Positions 43,293-55,600 of a stretch of 64,000 bases of DNA are shown here, piece by piece (the first letter of the stretch is position 1; each line of letters begins with the position of its first letter). The stretch comes from Podarcis muralis (lineage: Eukaryota), in contig NC_135667.1 in the NCBI RefSeq assembly GCF_964188315.1, forward strand, positions 6,386,001 through 6,450,000, read 5' to 3'. The translations under genes were made by a program, and so were the position numbers. The notes beneath the pieces are model-generated. The model ran no database searches. It was not told where the DNA came from and saw only the letters and a program-made list of their open reading frames with translations.

Positions 43293-44614
43293 CCCCCCCC
43301 ACCTGCACAGCCAGAGATGCCAGAGGAGTCCCGTCCCTCCTGGGCTTTGGGACGACCCGAGGTGGGTGGGTGGGGGGTGGAAAGAGTCAAAACTCTTGCG
43401 GAGAAAAACGTCGTCCAGAGTTGATCCTCGACGACAGGTGTGGGGATCAAATCCAAGTTTGGCGTGAGCAGCTGACAGGGAGTAGGAGGGGAGAGAAAGC
43501 AGACTGGAAAAATTGGGGTGGGGAGGGGGGGTGTCGCTGCGCCAATGCACACTGAAGAAAAAACAAAGACCCAACCTCCCCCTCTTTTTAAAAACCGAAA
43601 CCAAGAGAAAGAAAATTTCAACGGCTTTTATTGACGGCAATTGCAGTTTGCACAGACACCCGTGTTGGATGGAAGTGTGCAGACATTTCAGGAAAGAGAT
43701 TCTTCTCCCCACCCCCACCCCGTGATGTACAAGCCTCCCCCTTCTATGCTGGGGGAGTGGGTTTCCGGAAAAAACAGCTCCTCTCTTTAACCAGAGAGAG
43801 AGATTGAATCAGGGTTCAAACTACTTAAAACAAAAAACCTCCAGATATTTTATTGTTTCAAAACAAAACAAAACAAACCTTACCATCACCATTCGGGCAT
43901 CAGAGGCGCAGCTGATGGGAGACCTCCCCCCCAAATGGGAGAAGAGCAGGAAGTATCCCAAAGGGGGAGCCAATGGGCAGAAAGGGAGCCTCCTGGCACA
44001 TCCAGCTCCCCAGGCAAACGGGGAAATACAGTTTGGGGAAGGGATGTAGAAGAGGATTTCTGCCCGCCTCCCTTTTCAAGCCACCTGCCGCTTGCGGAGA
44101 CTAAAAGAAAGGCCGGGGGGGGGGGGGGGAGTAGAGGCAATGGGGGAGATCTGGGAGGCAGGGGCCAGGCTGACCACACAGCATCTTCCAGGGGCAAAGA
44201 CCCCGCCCCGCAAAATATCAAGCCCTGCTATGACCCCTACGCTGTCATTTCTCAGACAAATGGCGAAGGGTCCCCAGAAGCAGTGTCCCAGGAAGGAATG
44301 TGCCCTGTGCGTTCTAGAAAGGGAAGAGGGAGCCTTCATTATCTGCTGCTGGGTGAGAGACGGAGGGCACGTCCCCTCGCACTCTGCCAACATCCGCCGT
44401 GGCAGAGGAAAAGGGGGGGGGGCTTGCTGTATCCCTCGCCCCTGGAAGGAGGGAGTAAGGGCCTCACATCCCAGTCTCTGATACATCTCAGCTCTCAACA
44501 TGGCACCTGGAAGGAATTAAAGAACACAAAGCCCTCTTTTCTAACCTCTGTGGAAGGCTGATCAGTCAATCACACAATCACACACACACTGGGGGGTGGC
44601 ATGGGGAAGGAGGG

Positions 44615-44660
44615 AGGAAGGAAGGAAGGAAGGAAGGAAGGAAGGAAGGAAGGAAGGAAG
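44615..44660. repeat. (GGAA)n microsatellite in the probable DCAF11 3'UTR
   Basis: Read directly from the sequence. Confidence 0.9.
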
Positions 44661-45111
44661 GGGTCTACAAGCTGTTGTTCCCCAGAGCCAACTAAATCCC
44701 AGAGTTGTTAGGATATGATCCATGATTTTGCCTTCCAATAATTCAAATTAAAAAGGACAGACCAGGAAGAGGGTGGGACTGTAAATTTCAATCCCACGGA
44801 ACCCTAAAGCGACGCTATAAACTAAACTAGCCTGTTGTTCAGATTAACAATTCCTTACCTAAATGTCCCCCCTTTGCAGCCGGTCATCCGATTCTGGCTC
44901 TTCCCAAGAGCCGTGTTCGAGACGCTGCCCATCTCCCCGAGACCCGTTTACATTTCACTTAGCAGACCGCCCGCAACGAAGTTTGCCCGCCCTCCCACCC
45001 AAATGTCCCAAGGCCACAGGCAGCGCGAGGTCTGGTTTGCCCCCCCCCCACTCCCTCGACCGTGTGGCGAGTCCAAAACTGGAGAATGGTGGCGAGCAGA
45101 GATAGAAAAGG

Positions 45112-48100
45112 CTACTGATCAGAAGCTCCTGAGGGTCTGGGGCGCAGCTCTCGGGCGGTAGGGGGCCTCCGAGGATCTTCGTCGTATTCCGTCTGGTGGT
45201 ACTCCCAAAGCCGGATGTTCCCGTCCCACTGCCGATCAAAGAGAAAGACAGTTATAGTCATTGCTTCTAAAGCATCCTTGAGTGTACCAAATGCTTTGGA
45301 ATTCACTAGGCATGCATGCATGCATAAACAAATAAATAAAGGAACTTGCTAAGCAAGTCCCACGTATCCTGACAGAAAGCTCAAAGCCATTGACAGGTGT
45401 ACAGTGGTACCTCAGGTTAAGTACTTAATTCGTTCTGGAGGTCCGTACTTAACCTGAAACTGTCCTTAACCTGAAGCACCACTTTAGCTAATGGGGCCTC
45501 CTGCTGCCACCGCGCCGCCGGAGCACAATTTCTGTTCTCATCCTGAAGCAAAGTTCTTAACCTGAAGCACTATTTCTGGGTTAGCGGAGTCTGTAACCTG
45601 AAGTGTATGTAACCTGAAGCATATGTAACCCGAGGTACCACTGTACAACCAACCAGTTCCTCTACTGAACATCTTTCTCCCAGCCCAAATTGAGGGGCTG
45701 AATTTCATCTGCAAAACTCTCGGTCTTGCAGCCCAGATACTTCGTAAGGGCTCTTACCCCCAAACAGGAACCCACCTTGCAATCCAAGTTCAGCTGAACA
45801 ACAGATCCCGTTTTAAGTGCTCTCTTATCTCGCTATACTGTATTTGCACTAGATCGCTGTGCCAATGTTGGCTGCACTGCCAACGTAAAATACACCTGGG
45901 CAATCTCCGCAGAGGTTGCTGCTTATTCCCCAATTGAGATTACGGCAGCATGGGCTGGCAGGTACGGAAACGGCATAAGAGAGGCCTTCCCCTTCTGGTA
46001 CCTTCCAGATGTTTGGGGTTACAGCTCTCCCCATCCCAAACGTCTTGCAGCCAGGCTGGCTGGCTGGCGCTGATAGGAGTCTCAATCCAAAACATTTGGA
46101 AGGCAGCAAGCTGGGGAAGGCTGGTTGACATTTTGCTCTGGCTACTGGCTTTTGTTTCGTTTCCTGGGTTTAGTTACTTATTTATTTTTCAAAGGGAATG
46201 CTGTTATTTTGGGTCCCAAACCAGTTTCAAAAACAATGGGCAGCAAACACATTTTGCACCATGTCATTAAATGCTGGGGGGGGGGGGGCAGGGAAGATGG
46301 CAGCTCCTCCCACATGTGAACGCCAATGGGTTTGCCTACGACCCAGCAGACTGCAAATGTTACACTTTGCCATTACAGTGGTACCTCGGGTTAAGTACTT
46401 AATTCATTCTGGAGGTCCGTTCTTAACCTGAAACTGTTCTTAACCTGAAGCACCACTTTAACTAATGGGGCCTCCTGCTGCTGCTGTGCCACCGGAGCAC
46501 GATTTCTGTTCTCAACCTGAAGCAAAGTGCTTAACCTGAGGTACTATTTCTGGGTTAGCGGAGTCTGTAACCTGAAGCATATGTAACCCAAAGCGTATGT
46601 AACCAGAGGAACCACTGTACTTATTTCAACATCTCTCTTCTAAGGATTCTCAAGGCGGCTCACAACTACAATTCATAAAATGCAAAATCATAAATATAAC
46701 CCAATGTCAAAAAGCCACGGTTAACACACCAGAGGCTGATTAATGCTTGCTGGAATAAAAGCCAAGTCTTCGCCAGCCACTGAAATTGATCAAGCGCACT
46801 TTCTGGGTGTGTTGTTCTTCAGTCTGGGCACCCCAGTCAGAAGACCCCCTTCTCCTTTGGGATCGCCCACCACGCCTCAAACTGCAAGGGAGGGGGCCCC
46901 TATCTAGTCAAGCGGCGCTGCCAGATGGGTTTGTTGAGAAGGAAAAGACGAGCAGCAACAACCACAGAAAAGGGCAGAGAAGGAGAAGAATTTCATCCTT
47001 GCCATCACAACCTTATTGGCAGGGAAGACACACAAGTTCCTGGGCAAGAGGAAAGCGGTGGCAGCAATTCATCTTAACCACACAAGCACCTCACCCCACC
47101 ACTCCCTCGCTCCCAGTACTTGCCGAGCTGCTGACGATCTTCTCCTCGTAGGGGTGCCAGCAGACATCACGGACACAAGCCTTGTGATTGGTCAGTTTTG
47201 TCACGATCAGGCCGCTCAGGAGGTCGTATACTGGAGGAAGGGAAAGGAGCACAGGGTAGCACAGAGAAGCTTTTGCAACACACTGGCCCCATGACACCCA
47301 CTCCTCCCATGGCAGTGGGGAAGTATCAAAAGGGCTATCTATCCTCTCTTGCGGCCAGAATTGATGCTCCAGATACCACTATTTCTCCCTTAAAGGACCC
47401 CTGACCATTAGGTCCAGTCGTGGCCGACTCTGGGCTTGCGGCGCTCATCTCGCTTTACTGGCTGGAGGGAGCCGACATACAGCTTCCGGGTCATGTGGCC
47501 AGCATGACTAAGCTGCTTCTGGCAAACCAGAGCAGCGTACGGAAACGCTGTTTACCTTCCCGTCAGAGCGGTACCTATTTATCTACTTGCACTTTGACGT
47601 GCTTTCGAACTGCTAGGTTGGCAGGAGCAGGGACCGAGCAACGGGAGCTCACCCCGTCGCGGGGATTCGAACCGCTGACCTTCTGATCGGCAAGTCCTAG
47701 GCTCTGTGGTTTAACCCACAGCGCCACCCACGTCCCATTTATCCCTTAGATGTCAGCATTGGACCTGCCCACACTTTGTATTATTGATTATTTTTATAGT
47801 GCCATTTAGGTCCCTGCCCCAAGGAGCTTGCAAGTCTTCAAGTTAACACACGGGGGTGTGACTGAGTGAAAATTTAAAGGGCACAGCATACAGTCGGAAC
47901 AATGGGAGGCTCCCAAGATTCCTCTAGGAAACAGGTAGGGAACTAGACATCTCCATGAGAACAAGTGAAGAGTTTCCCTTTGCAGACCAGACTGACGATG
48001 GTCTGCAAAGCAATCCCCCCCCCCCCCCTGCACAGATCAGATTGAAACCCCTGTCAACTCTGCCAACTGTTCCTTTGCATTTGCAGTTTTACCTGCCCCA

Positions 48101-48234
48101 CAGTTAGCACTGTATGAAGCCAAGTGTGGATTGGGTGGTCGTGGCTGGGGGGGAAATCGTCTTGCAGGTCAAAGTAACCCTAGCCAGGGCAAATTTGGCT
48201 CATGGACCAAAGGCTGCTGCAGCAGCAGCTTCTT

Positions 48235-48282
<48 letters not shown>

Positions 48283-49886
48283 TTATTTATTTATACCCCA
48301 CCCATCCGACTGGGTTGCCCCAGCCACTCTGGGCAGCTTCCTCATGCGCCAACCATTCAGTTCTGCCGTGTTTTCCTTCCCCTTGGGTTTATTATCCAAC
48401 TCACCATCCAAGCATATTGACACAGCCTGACCCCTCTTTGCTTTCATCCTCTCCCTTGAGTCCTCCAAACCAAAAGGGAAGGGATTTTCAAGCAACATTC
48501 ACGTGCGTGCGGACGTGCATCTTAAGAGATTTCTCCCCCACCCGCCAGCAAGAGATCGAATCCTGCACCCAAGCAAAACGCCGCGCTCCTTCAAAAAGGC
48601 AAAGCTTAACCCCTCTGACTGCTGCCCACATGGCACTGCCCTTCCAGTTCCGGACGGCGTGGCACTGCCCTGGCCGATCCCTGCCACCCGCATCCCGAGT
48701 CCACTCACCCACCACCTTCCCCGTGGAGCAGCCACTGTAGATGTACTGTTGTCCGGTACTATGAAGCGGCGAGAAACGGCAGCGGATCAGCGTGTGGAGC
48801 ACTCCGTGGCCGCGGTACGTCATGAGGGAGGTGTCACCTGGAAGCTTCGACTTCCGCCGTGCTGGGAGAAGGAGAAAGGAGAGGAGAGAGGAAGGGTTAG
48901 AGGAGAGTAAGACCTGCTTCCCCAGCGCTTTAGGTCCCCCCTCCTTCCCCATCCTCTAAGACTCACCTTTTTTGGGTACCTGCTGCCAGCGATAATCCCA
49001 GTTCTGCTGAGTGACGGCTTGGCGGGAGGCTTCCAGCCCTTCGCGGCCTGAGAACTTCCGCATGTCCCAGAGCTTTATCGTCTGGTCCTTGGAGTTTGAG
49101 ATGAGGTATCGGGCGTCCCCCTGGGAGGAGGAGGAGTGGGGAGCAATGGTTTAAAGGAATATTTCACACTCTATAGTCTCCAAGGACATTTCCCATCCGT
49201 AGTACAGACGTCCCACAGCAGAAGACTCACTCTCTAATGGAAACTTAATCTAGCTCTCTCAGCCTCTCCCCAACATGGGAATCCTGTATAAATGACATTA
49301 AAGGAATGCATGGCCAAATATATAGGAGCTCATCAGCTACTGTGTTTTCACTTGGACTGCTGTGGGCTTAGGTGGAGGTGAACCAGGCAGATCTTTCTTT
49401 AAGACAGTATCAACACCAATTAGCTACTGGGCCCAATTCAAAGTGCTGATTTTGATCTATAAAGGCTTAAACGGCTCAGGACCACAATACCTCAAGGGCT
49501 GCCTCTTTCCATATGAACCTACCCAGACCCTGAGATCAACTTCTGAGGCCCTTCTTCGTGTGCCTCCTCAAGAGGTTTGGAGGGTGGCAACACAAGAACA
49601 GGCCTTCTCTGCAGTGGCTCCCTATCTGTGGCATGCTCTCCCCAGGGAAGTTCGCCTGGCGCCTTCATTATACACTGTTAGGCGCCAGGCAAAAACGTTC
49701 CTTTTTAACCAGGCCTTTGGTTGATCTGATTTATATCCCATGCCCTTTTAAAATGTGTTTTTTTTGGGGGGGGAGGGCTATTGGGTTGTTGTTTTTATTT
49801 TTATTATGCATTTTGTGGTTTTATATCTTGACTTTAGTCTGTTAACCACCCTAAGACTCCCAGGTATAGGGAGGTAAATAAATTCA

Positions 49887-49922
<36 letters not shown>

Positions 49923-52559
49923 CAATAACCAGGCCTTTGGCTGATTAATAGGAGTTTGTGGGAGTAGGGGCTATTTTCTTGTTATTTTTGTTTAAACTAT
50001 TTGTGTTTTTATCCTGCATTTTTATCTTGTGAACTGCCTCGAGATCTTTTGATGAAGGGTGGTAAATAAATCTAATGAATAAAATTAAAAAAAAAACAAG
50101 CAGATCATGCAGAACATGTTGCGAATGAGATCCCGAAAAAGCTTTTCTTGAAGGGGGCAGTTTTCAAGGTTGTTTGCCTAATTAAGCTTTCCAATCCCAT
50201 CAGACTCCACCTCCTGCCCTCTGCGATGACATAGAGAGAAAAGGATGCCTTACTTTGCTGTCTATGAAGGTGATGCCATCCTGATGGCCAGCCAGGATGC
50301 CCACAGGCCGGGGGTCGTCCTCTCTCATGGTGCGCCGGTCCCACACTTTGCAGATGGCATCGTCCCCCCCGGAGAACAAGATGTGGGAACTGGTGTCGGC
50401 AAAGGCCACGGCATTCACGTCGTCTTCGTGGGACTCGATCTGGAGGAAGGCAGAGGACTCAGCGCAAGAGGGAGGAGCAGGATTTTCCATGGGAGAGCTA
50501 GGAGTGGGACGCGGGTGGCGCTGTGGGTTAAACCACAGAGCCCAGGACTTGCCGATCAGAAGGTCGGCGGTTCGAATCCCTGCAACGGGGTGAGCGCCCG
50601 TTGCTCGGTCCCTGTTCCTGCCAACCTAGCAGTTTGAAAATGCAAGTAGACAAATAGGTACCACTCCGGCGGGAAGGTAAACAGCATTTCTGTGCGCTGC
50701 TCTGGTTCGCCAGAAGCGGCTTAGTCATGACCCAGAAGCTGTACGCTGGCTCCCTCGGCCAATAAAGCGAGATGAGTGCCACAACCCCAGAGTCGGTCAC
50801 GACTGGACCTAATGGTCAGGGGTCCCTTTACCTTTACCTAGGCTGGCTGTAGCATGCCAGGCCCCAGTGTGCACTGGGATGCCGTGGGGGCACCGAAATG
50901 GTATTTTAATGTACTGCAAGAGACAAGGGCTGGAGAGCCACGAGAGATCGAAAGCTCCTGGGCTCAAGGGGAGCTCAGGGCCTGGGCTCCTGCTTCCCAA
51001 ATTTAAACCCTGGCATCTCTGGTTTGAACAAGGAGCAGTTGATGGGGCGACAGGAAAGACCCTCTTTCTGCCAGCCCAAGTGGGGAACGCTGACCTAGAT
51101 GGACAACCAGTCTGGCCTGGTAAATGGCAACTTGCCCAAAGAACCAAGCCCCTTTGTTAGGGGGCTGGCTGTCGCCGGGCTCAGCTGAAGCCAAGTCATT
51201 TAGTGCAGGCACGTTCAACAGGTAGATGATCTACCAGCAGATAACAGGATGTCTGTGGTAGATCACTGGCTCCCCCCAAAGAAACTCAACAACTTCAAAC
51301 CCCTAAAAACCAGGCCTTCCTCCTTCCTAAAAATTGCTCCACAACTTTGACCTGAACTCCACAAAAGGGGGTAGATCACTGCTAGTCTCGTGAGTAGATC
51401 GCAGTCTCTTGGGAGTTGGTCACCCCTGATTTAGTGCATTTCTGCATCGACGGAATGTGATTGACCAAGGCAACCATTCTCAATGGCGATGCAGCAGAAT
51501 CACACGCTGACACACACAAGCACAGCCCACCTTGGAGAAGCACGGCACGCTACAGAGAAATGGGGAAGGGGATGAGGCAGAATGGGCAGTGGGACGCTCA
51601 AGGAAAGACATCTAGAACAGTCTTCCCCAAGCTGGGGTCCGCCAGATATTTTGAACTACAACCACACTGCTGGGGGAGGGGACTGATGGGAGTTGTATAC
51701 CAAAACGTCTGGAGAGTCCCAGCTTGGAAGGGCTGATCTACAACATCCCAGGGATCCCTATGGCTTTGGGGCGGAAAAATTCCAGACAGCCAGACTGATG
51801 CTTTGCTTTACTGCTCCCCTCAATCTTTTATCTGCATCGGGATACCGTGGAAGGAACCGCCACTGTCCCATGTGCTACAAAATGGCCCAGAACCTTCCAA
51901 CACTAGCTAAACGATTATTGCTAGCAACGAAAGGAGCTGCAATGAATTACAGTGGTACCTCGCAAGACGAATGCCTCGCAAGACAAAAAACTCGCTAGAC
52001 GAAAGGGTTTTTGGTTTTTTGAGCTGCTTCGCAAGACGATTTTCCCTATGGGCTTGCTTCGCAAGACGGAAACGTCTTGCAAGTTTGTTTCCTTTTTCTT
52101 AACACCGTTAATACAGTTGCGACTTGACTTCGAGGAGCAACTCATAGCACGCGGTGTGGTAGCCTTTTTTGAGGTTTTTAAAGACTTTGGTGATTTTTGA
52201 AGCTTTTCCAAAACTTTCCTGACACTGTGCTTCGCAAGACGGAAAAAATCGCAAGACGACAAAACTCGCAGAACGAATTAATTTCGTCTTGCGAGGCACC
52301 ACTGTAGTGGCTGAAACATTAGGCTAAGGACTAGAGTGGAAATACAAAGGGACAACACGTATTCACAGAGAGGAGATATTGTTAGGTTTGCTCAAGGATA
52401 AATATAGACTTGGTATTCATCCTTATCGTTTAAGTTCATTCAAGTCATTGGGCAATTATTGCTATGATTATGACTATGAAATTGCTTCTAATTTCACCGT
52501 CTTTGGCTTTTCTTCCATTTGCAGAGAGAAATCTTGAAAGGGCCGGAAAGGAAACAAGG

Positions 52560-52612
<53 letters not shown>

Positions 52613-55600
52613 CGCACACAGACACACACAAATATAACAGCCACACTTTCTAAAACCCAGGGAGAGAGGAACAGGAAGTGGGTGAGGCCAGAGGCACGGA
52701 ACAGAGAGGCCCGGCAGAGGAGTGGCAGGGTCCAAAACGTAAGTACCTTGAGCGTCCGCTTATTCTGCTCCATGTCGTACACGTAGACACAGCCATAGTT
52801 GGCCCTAGGTTTAAAACCAAAACTGAGTGGGTGGAAGAACAGACATAAACACAAGGAAGGAGGGGTGGGAAGAGACACTGAAGCCACACTGGTCAATGGA
52901 CCCTAAGGCAGCACCTTGACAGGAGAAAGGCATGTCTCTCAAGCATTTCCAACACTTCACCCTTGAATTGGAGTATTTCTACCCCGACTTTCACCTTTTA
53001 AAAAGCCCCCAAGGCAGCTTACAAAATGAAACATTGCACAACTTAGGTCCGTGTTGCTTCCTTTGGCACTGACAGGGAAGGGGGGGGGCAGCTGGCCCCA
53101 GCCAGGCTGATGGGAGGGGCTTCACCGCCTTTTGCTCCACAGGGGCCACATGGAATGGGAGCCACATGGCACAGCAAGCCCAGAATCCTCTTGGCCAAAA
53201 AGACCAGTATCAGACAGCCCTCCCCTCCCTGCTAAGCTTCAGGCACATGACAGAGATGTTTCTATTCCGGGAGGAATTTTCAAGAAGTTTCCTCAGGGGT
53301 TTTTTTACAATTACTTTTAATTGATTTTACCCACTATATGCTTTTTAATATTTTTTTTCTGTACACCGCTTAGAAACTTTGCCAATTAAATGGTACACAA
53401 ATAGCAGAAATAAATAAATAAGGGATGGGAGAGAGGGCAGAAGATCTGTGTTTTAGAAGAACCCAAATCTTGTCTGCCTAGGCAAAGTCCAGGTGTTGCG
53501 AATGTCACGGGTAGGTAACTTCAGGCACAATGGCCAAATGTGGCCCCTGGACTCTCTATCTGGCCCTCAGAAAGCCACCCCTCATGGCTCTAATTCCCCA
53601 CCACCACCAAAGTGCTTTGCTCCTGACTGGAATGTCTTCTTGAATGTGGGATGTTGGAGTTTAAGTAGCCTGCTGTACAAAGGTAACAGTTGCCGCTTCG
53701 TTGCTGTTTGCCTCTGGCCCCATCTGCAGATGGCAAGTGGCCCTTGGAAGGTTGTCCAGAAAGGAATGTGGCCCCCTGCAGGTTTGTTTGCTCTTAAAAA
53801 TAAAGGTTCCACACCCCTGGATAAAATGTTAACCAGTGCTATGCATTGTGGGTAAAGGGACTGGGCCAGGGGTCTGCAACCTTTAAGACAAAAAGAGCCA
53901 CTTGGACCCGTTTCCAAAGGAAAAAAAAACTGGGAGCCGCAAAACTCGTCATTATAAAAATAACTTTTTTGTCCCTTTTTTATTATTTCTTTGTTTGACC
54001 CCTCAGAATTACTCCTCCTCATAGAAATAAATGTTAAATTTACAAGTTACCTTTTTGTGTGTGTGTGTTCTTCACTCCCCTTTCAATGCAGTGACCAGCG
54101 TACATGCCCCTTACAATGTAGCGGGTGGGTGGGTGGGAAGGTGACATCGGGACGGTGTGTGACTAACGCACGCACCGCCCCCATGCGGTGTCACAGCCAG
54201 TACAGCGCCCGCCACAGTGGGGAGTGTCGGGGCGCACAATGCGCCTCCTCCCCTCGCTAGTATCCGCCCCGGAGCCGCGGCAAAGGTGTAAAAGAGCCAC
54301 ATGTGGCTCCGGAGCCGCGGGTTGCAGACCCCTGGACTGGGGAAAAGGCTAACGTACCCGCCAAGCACTTCCCTTCCATCTGAGGAGACTGCGAGGGAAA
54401 AAACGGCAAAGCGACGCTCGTCAGGCCTGTGGAGAGGAAGAGAGAGTTAGAAACCACTCCGGGAGTCTGTTTAGTCAAATAGGGTGGCTGCTGGGTGCCC
54501 TCCTTACCTCAGATCCAGTGCTGTGTGGGTATCACATTCGCCATAGATGTTGCAGATGTGAACTGTGAGGAGAGGGGGAGGGAAGGTCAAGGGCATCAGA
54601 GTTAACACTTCCTGCGGGGTCAAGGACTGTCATGTGACACCCCCACCCCCACCCTTCCCAGAAGCCAACCCCACTCACTGTAATCTGACCAGCTGGAGTA
54701 GAGGAAATGGGCTCCGTCGGGAGTGAAGGCAACATCCAGGACACTCCAGCCTACATCCCGGGCTTTGATGCTCCGGAACTTCCGGAAGCCTCCGTAAGTG
54801 CAGTCATATAAGCGGATTGTCTGATCTGAAGTTGGGGGTGGGGTGGTTTGGAAGCATGGGAAAAGGAACAGAGAAAACGTGCTAATTGTACCATGTATCA
54901 ATGTGTCCTCATCTACTAGGACCTTTAACACAGAGGCAAAATCACCAAAGTGTTAAGCTTGCATCAGGGATGGGAAACCTGTGGAACCCCCCAAGACTTC
55001 AACTCCCAGCAGCAGCCGGCATGGTGTCTGGTCAGGGATGATGGGAGTTGTAGTCCAACCCAATGTGGTGGAAGGGACACACTTTCCCCATTTGCAAGAC
55101 TTTCTTTGTTGAGCTACAGCTGCTGTTGGAAAACAGAACGCAGCCTTTTAAGCCTTTGATCTTGGCAACGGGAATCTGGGATTAGTAAGAGATGGGAGGG
55201 CACCCCTGTAAAAATGCAAATCATCCAGATCAACCCATCTGAAGGACCCAACTACTAGGACATTCGACACTGTCCTGTCCAATGGGATAAGAGGATTTCT
55301 TTTCTTCTTCCTTGGAACAGCAATACTAACTAAGCAGCAATGGTGTTTTTGCATGAATAAATAAATCACGCTACGCTTGGGTATCTGGGGATTAGAAGCT
55401 CCACAGGATCTTACGGAGGACTAAGAGGTTTTGCAGAAAGGCCCACCCACAATGCCACTTGTCTGTTTCCCAAAATGCAAAGAAATCATCAAACACTTGC
55501 GCTACAGGAAATTTCAAGACAAGAGAATTCCAGGATGCCCTCAGTGCCAAGGACGGAAGCTGATCTGATGCAGGGATTGTTTAAAAACCAACTGCTACAG

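Noticed and set aside
43935-44561. 208-aa ORF antisense in the DCAF11 3'UTR region
   Set aside because: Low complexity, no homology; likely chance in G-rich sequence.
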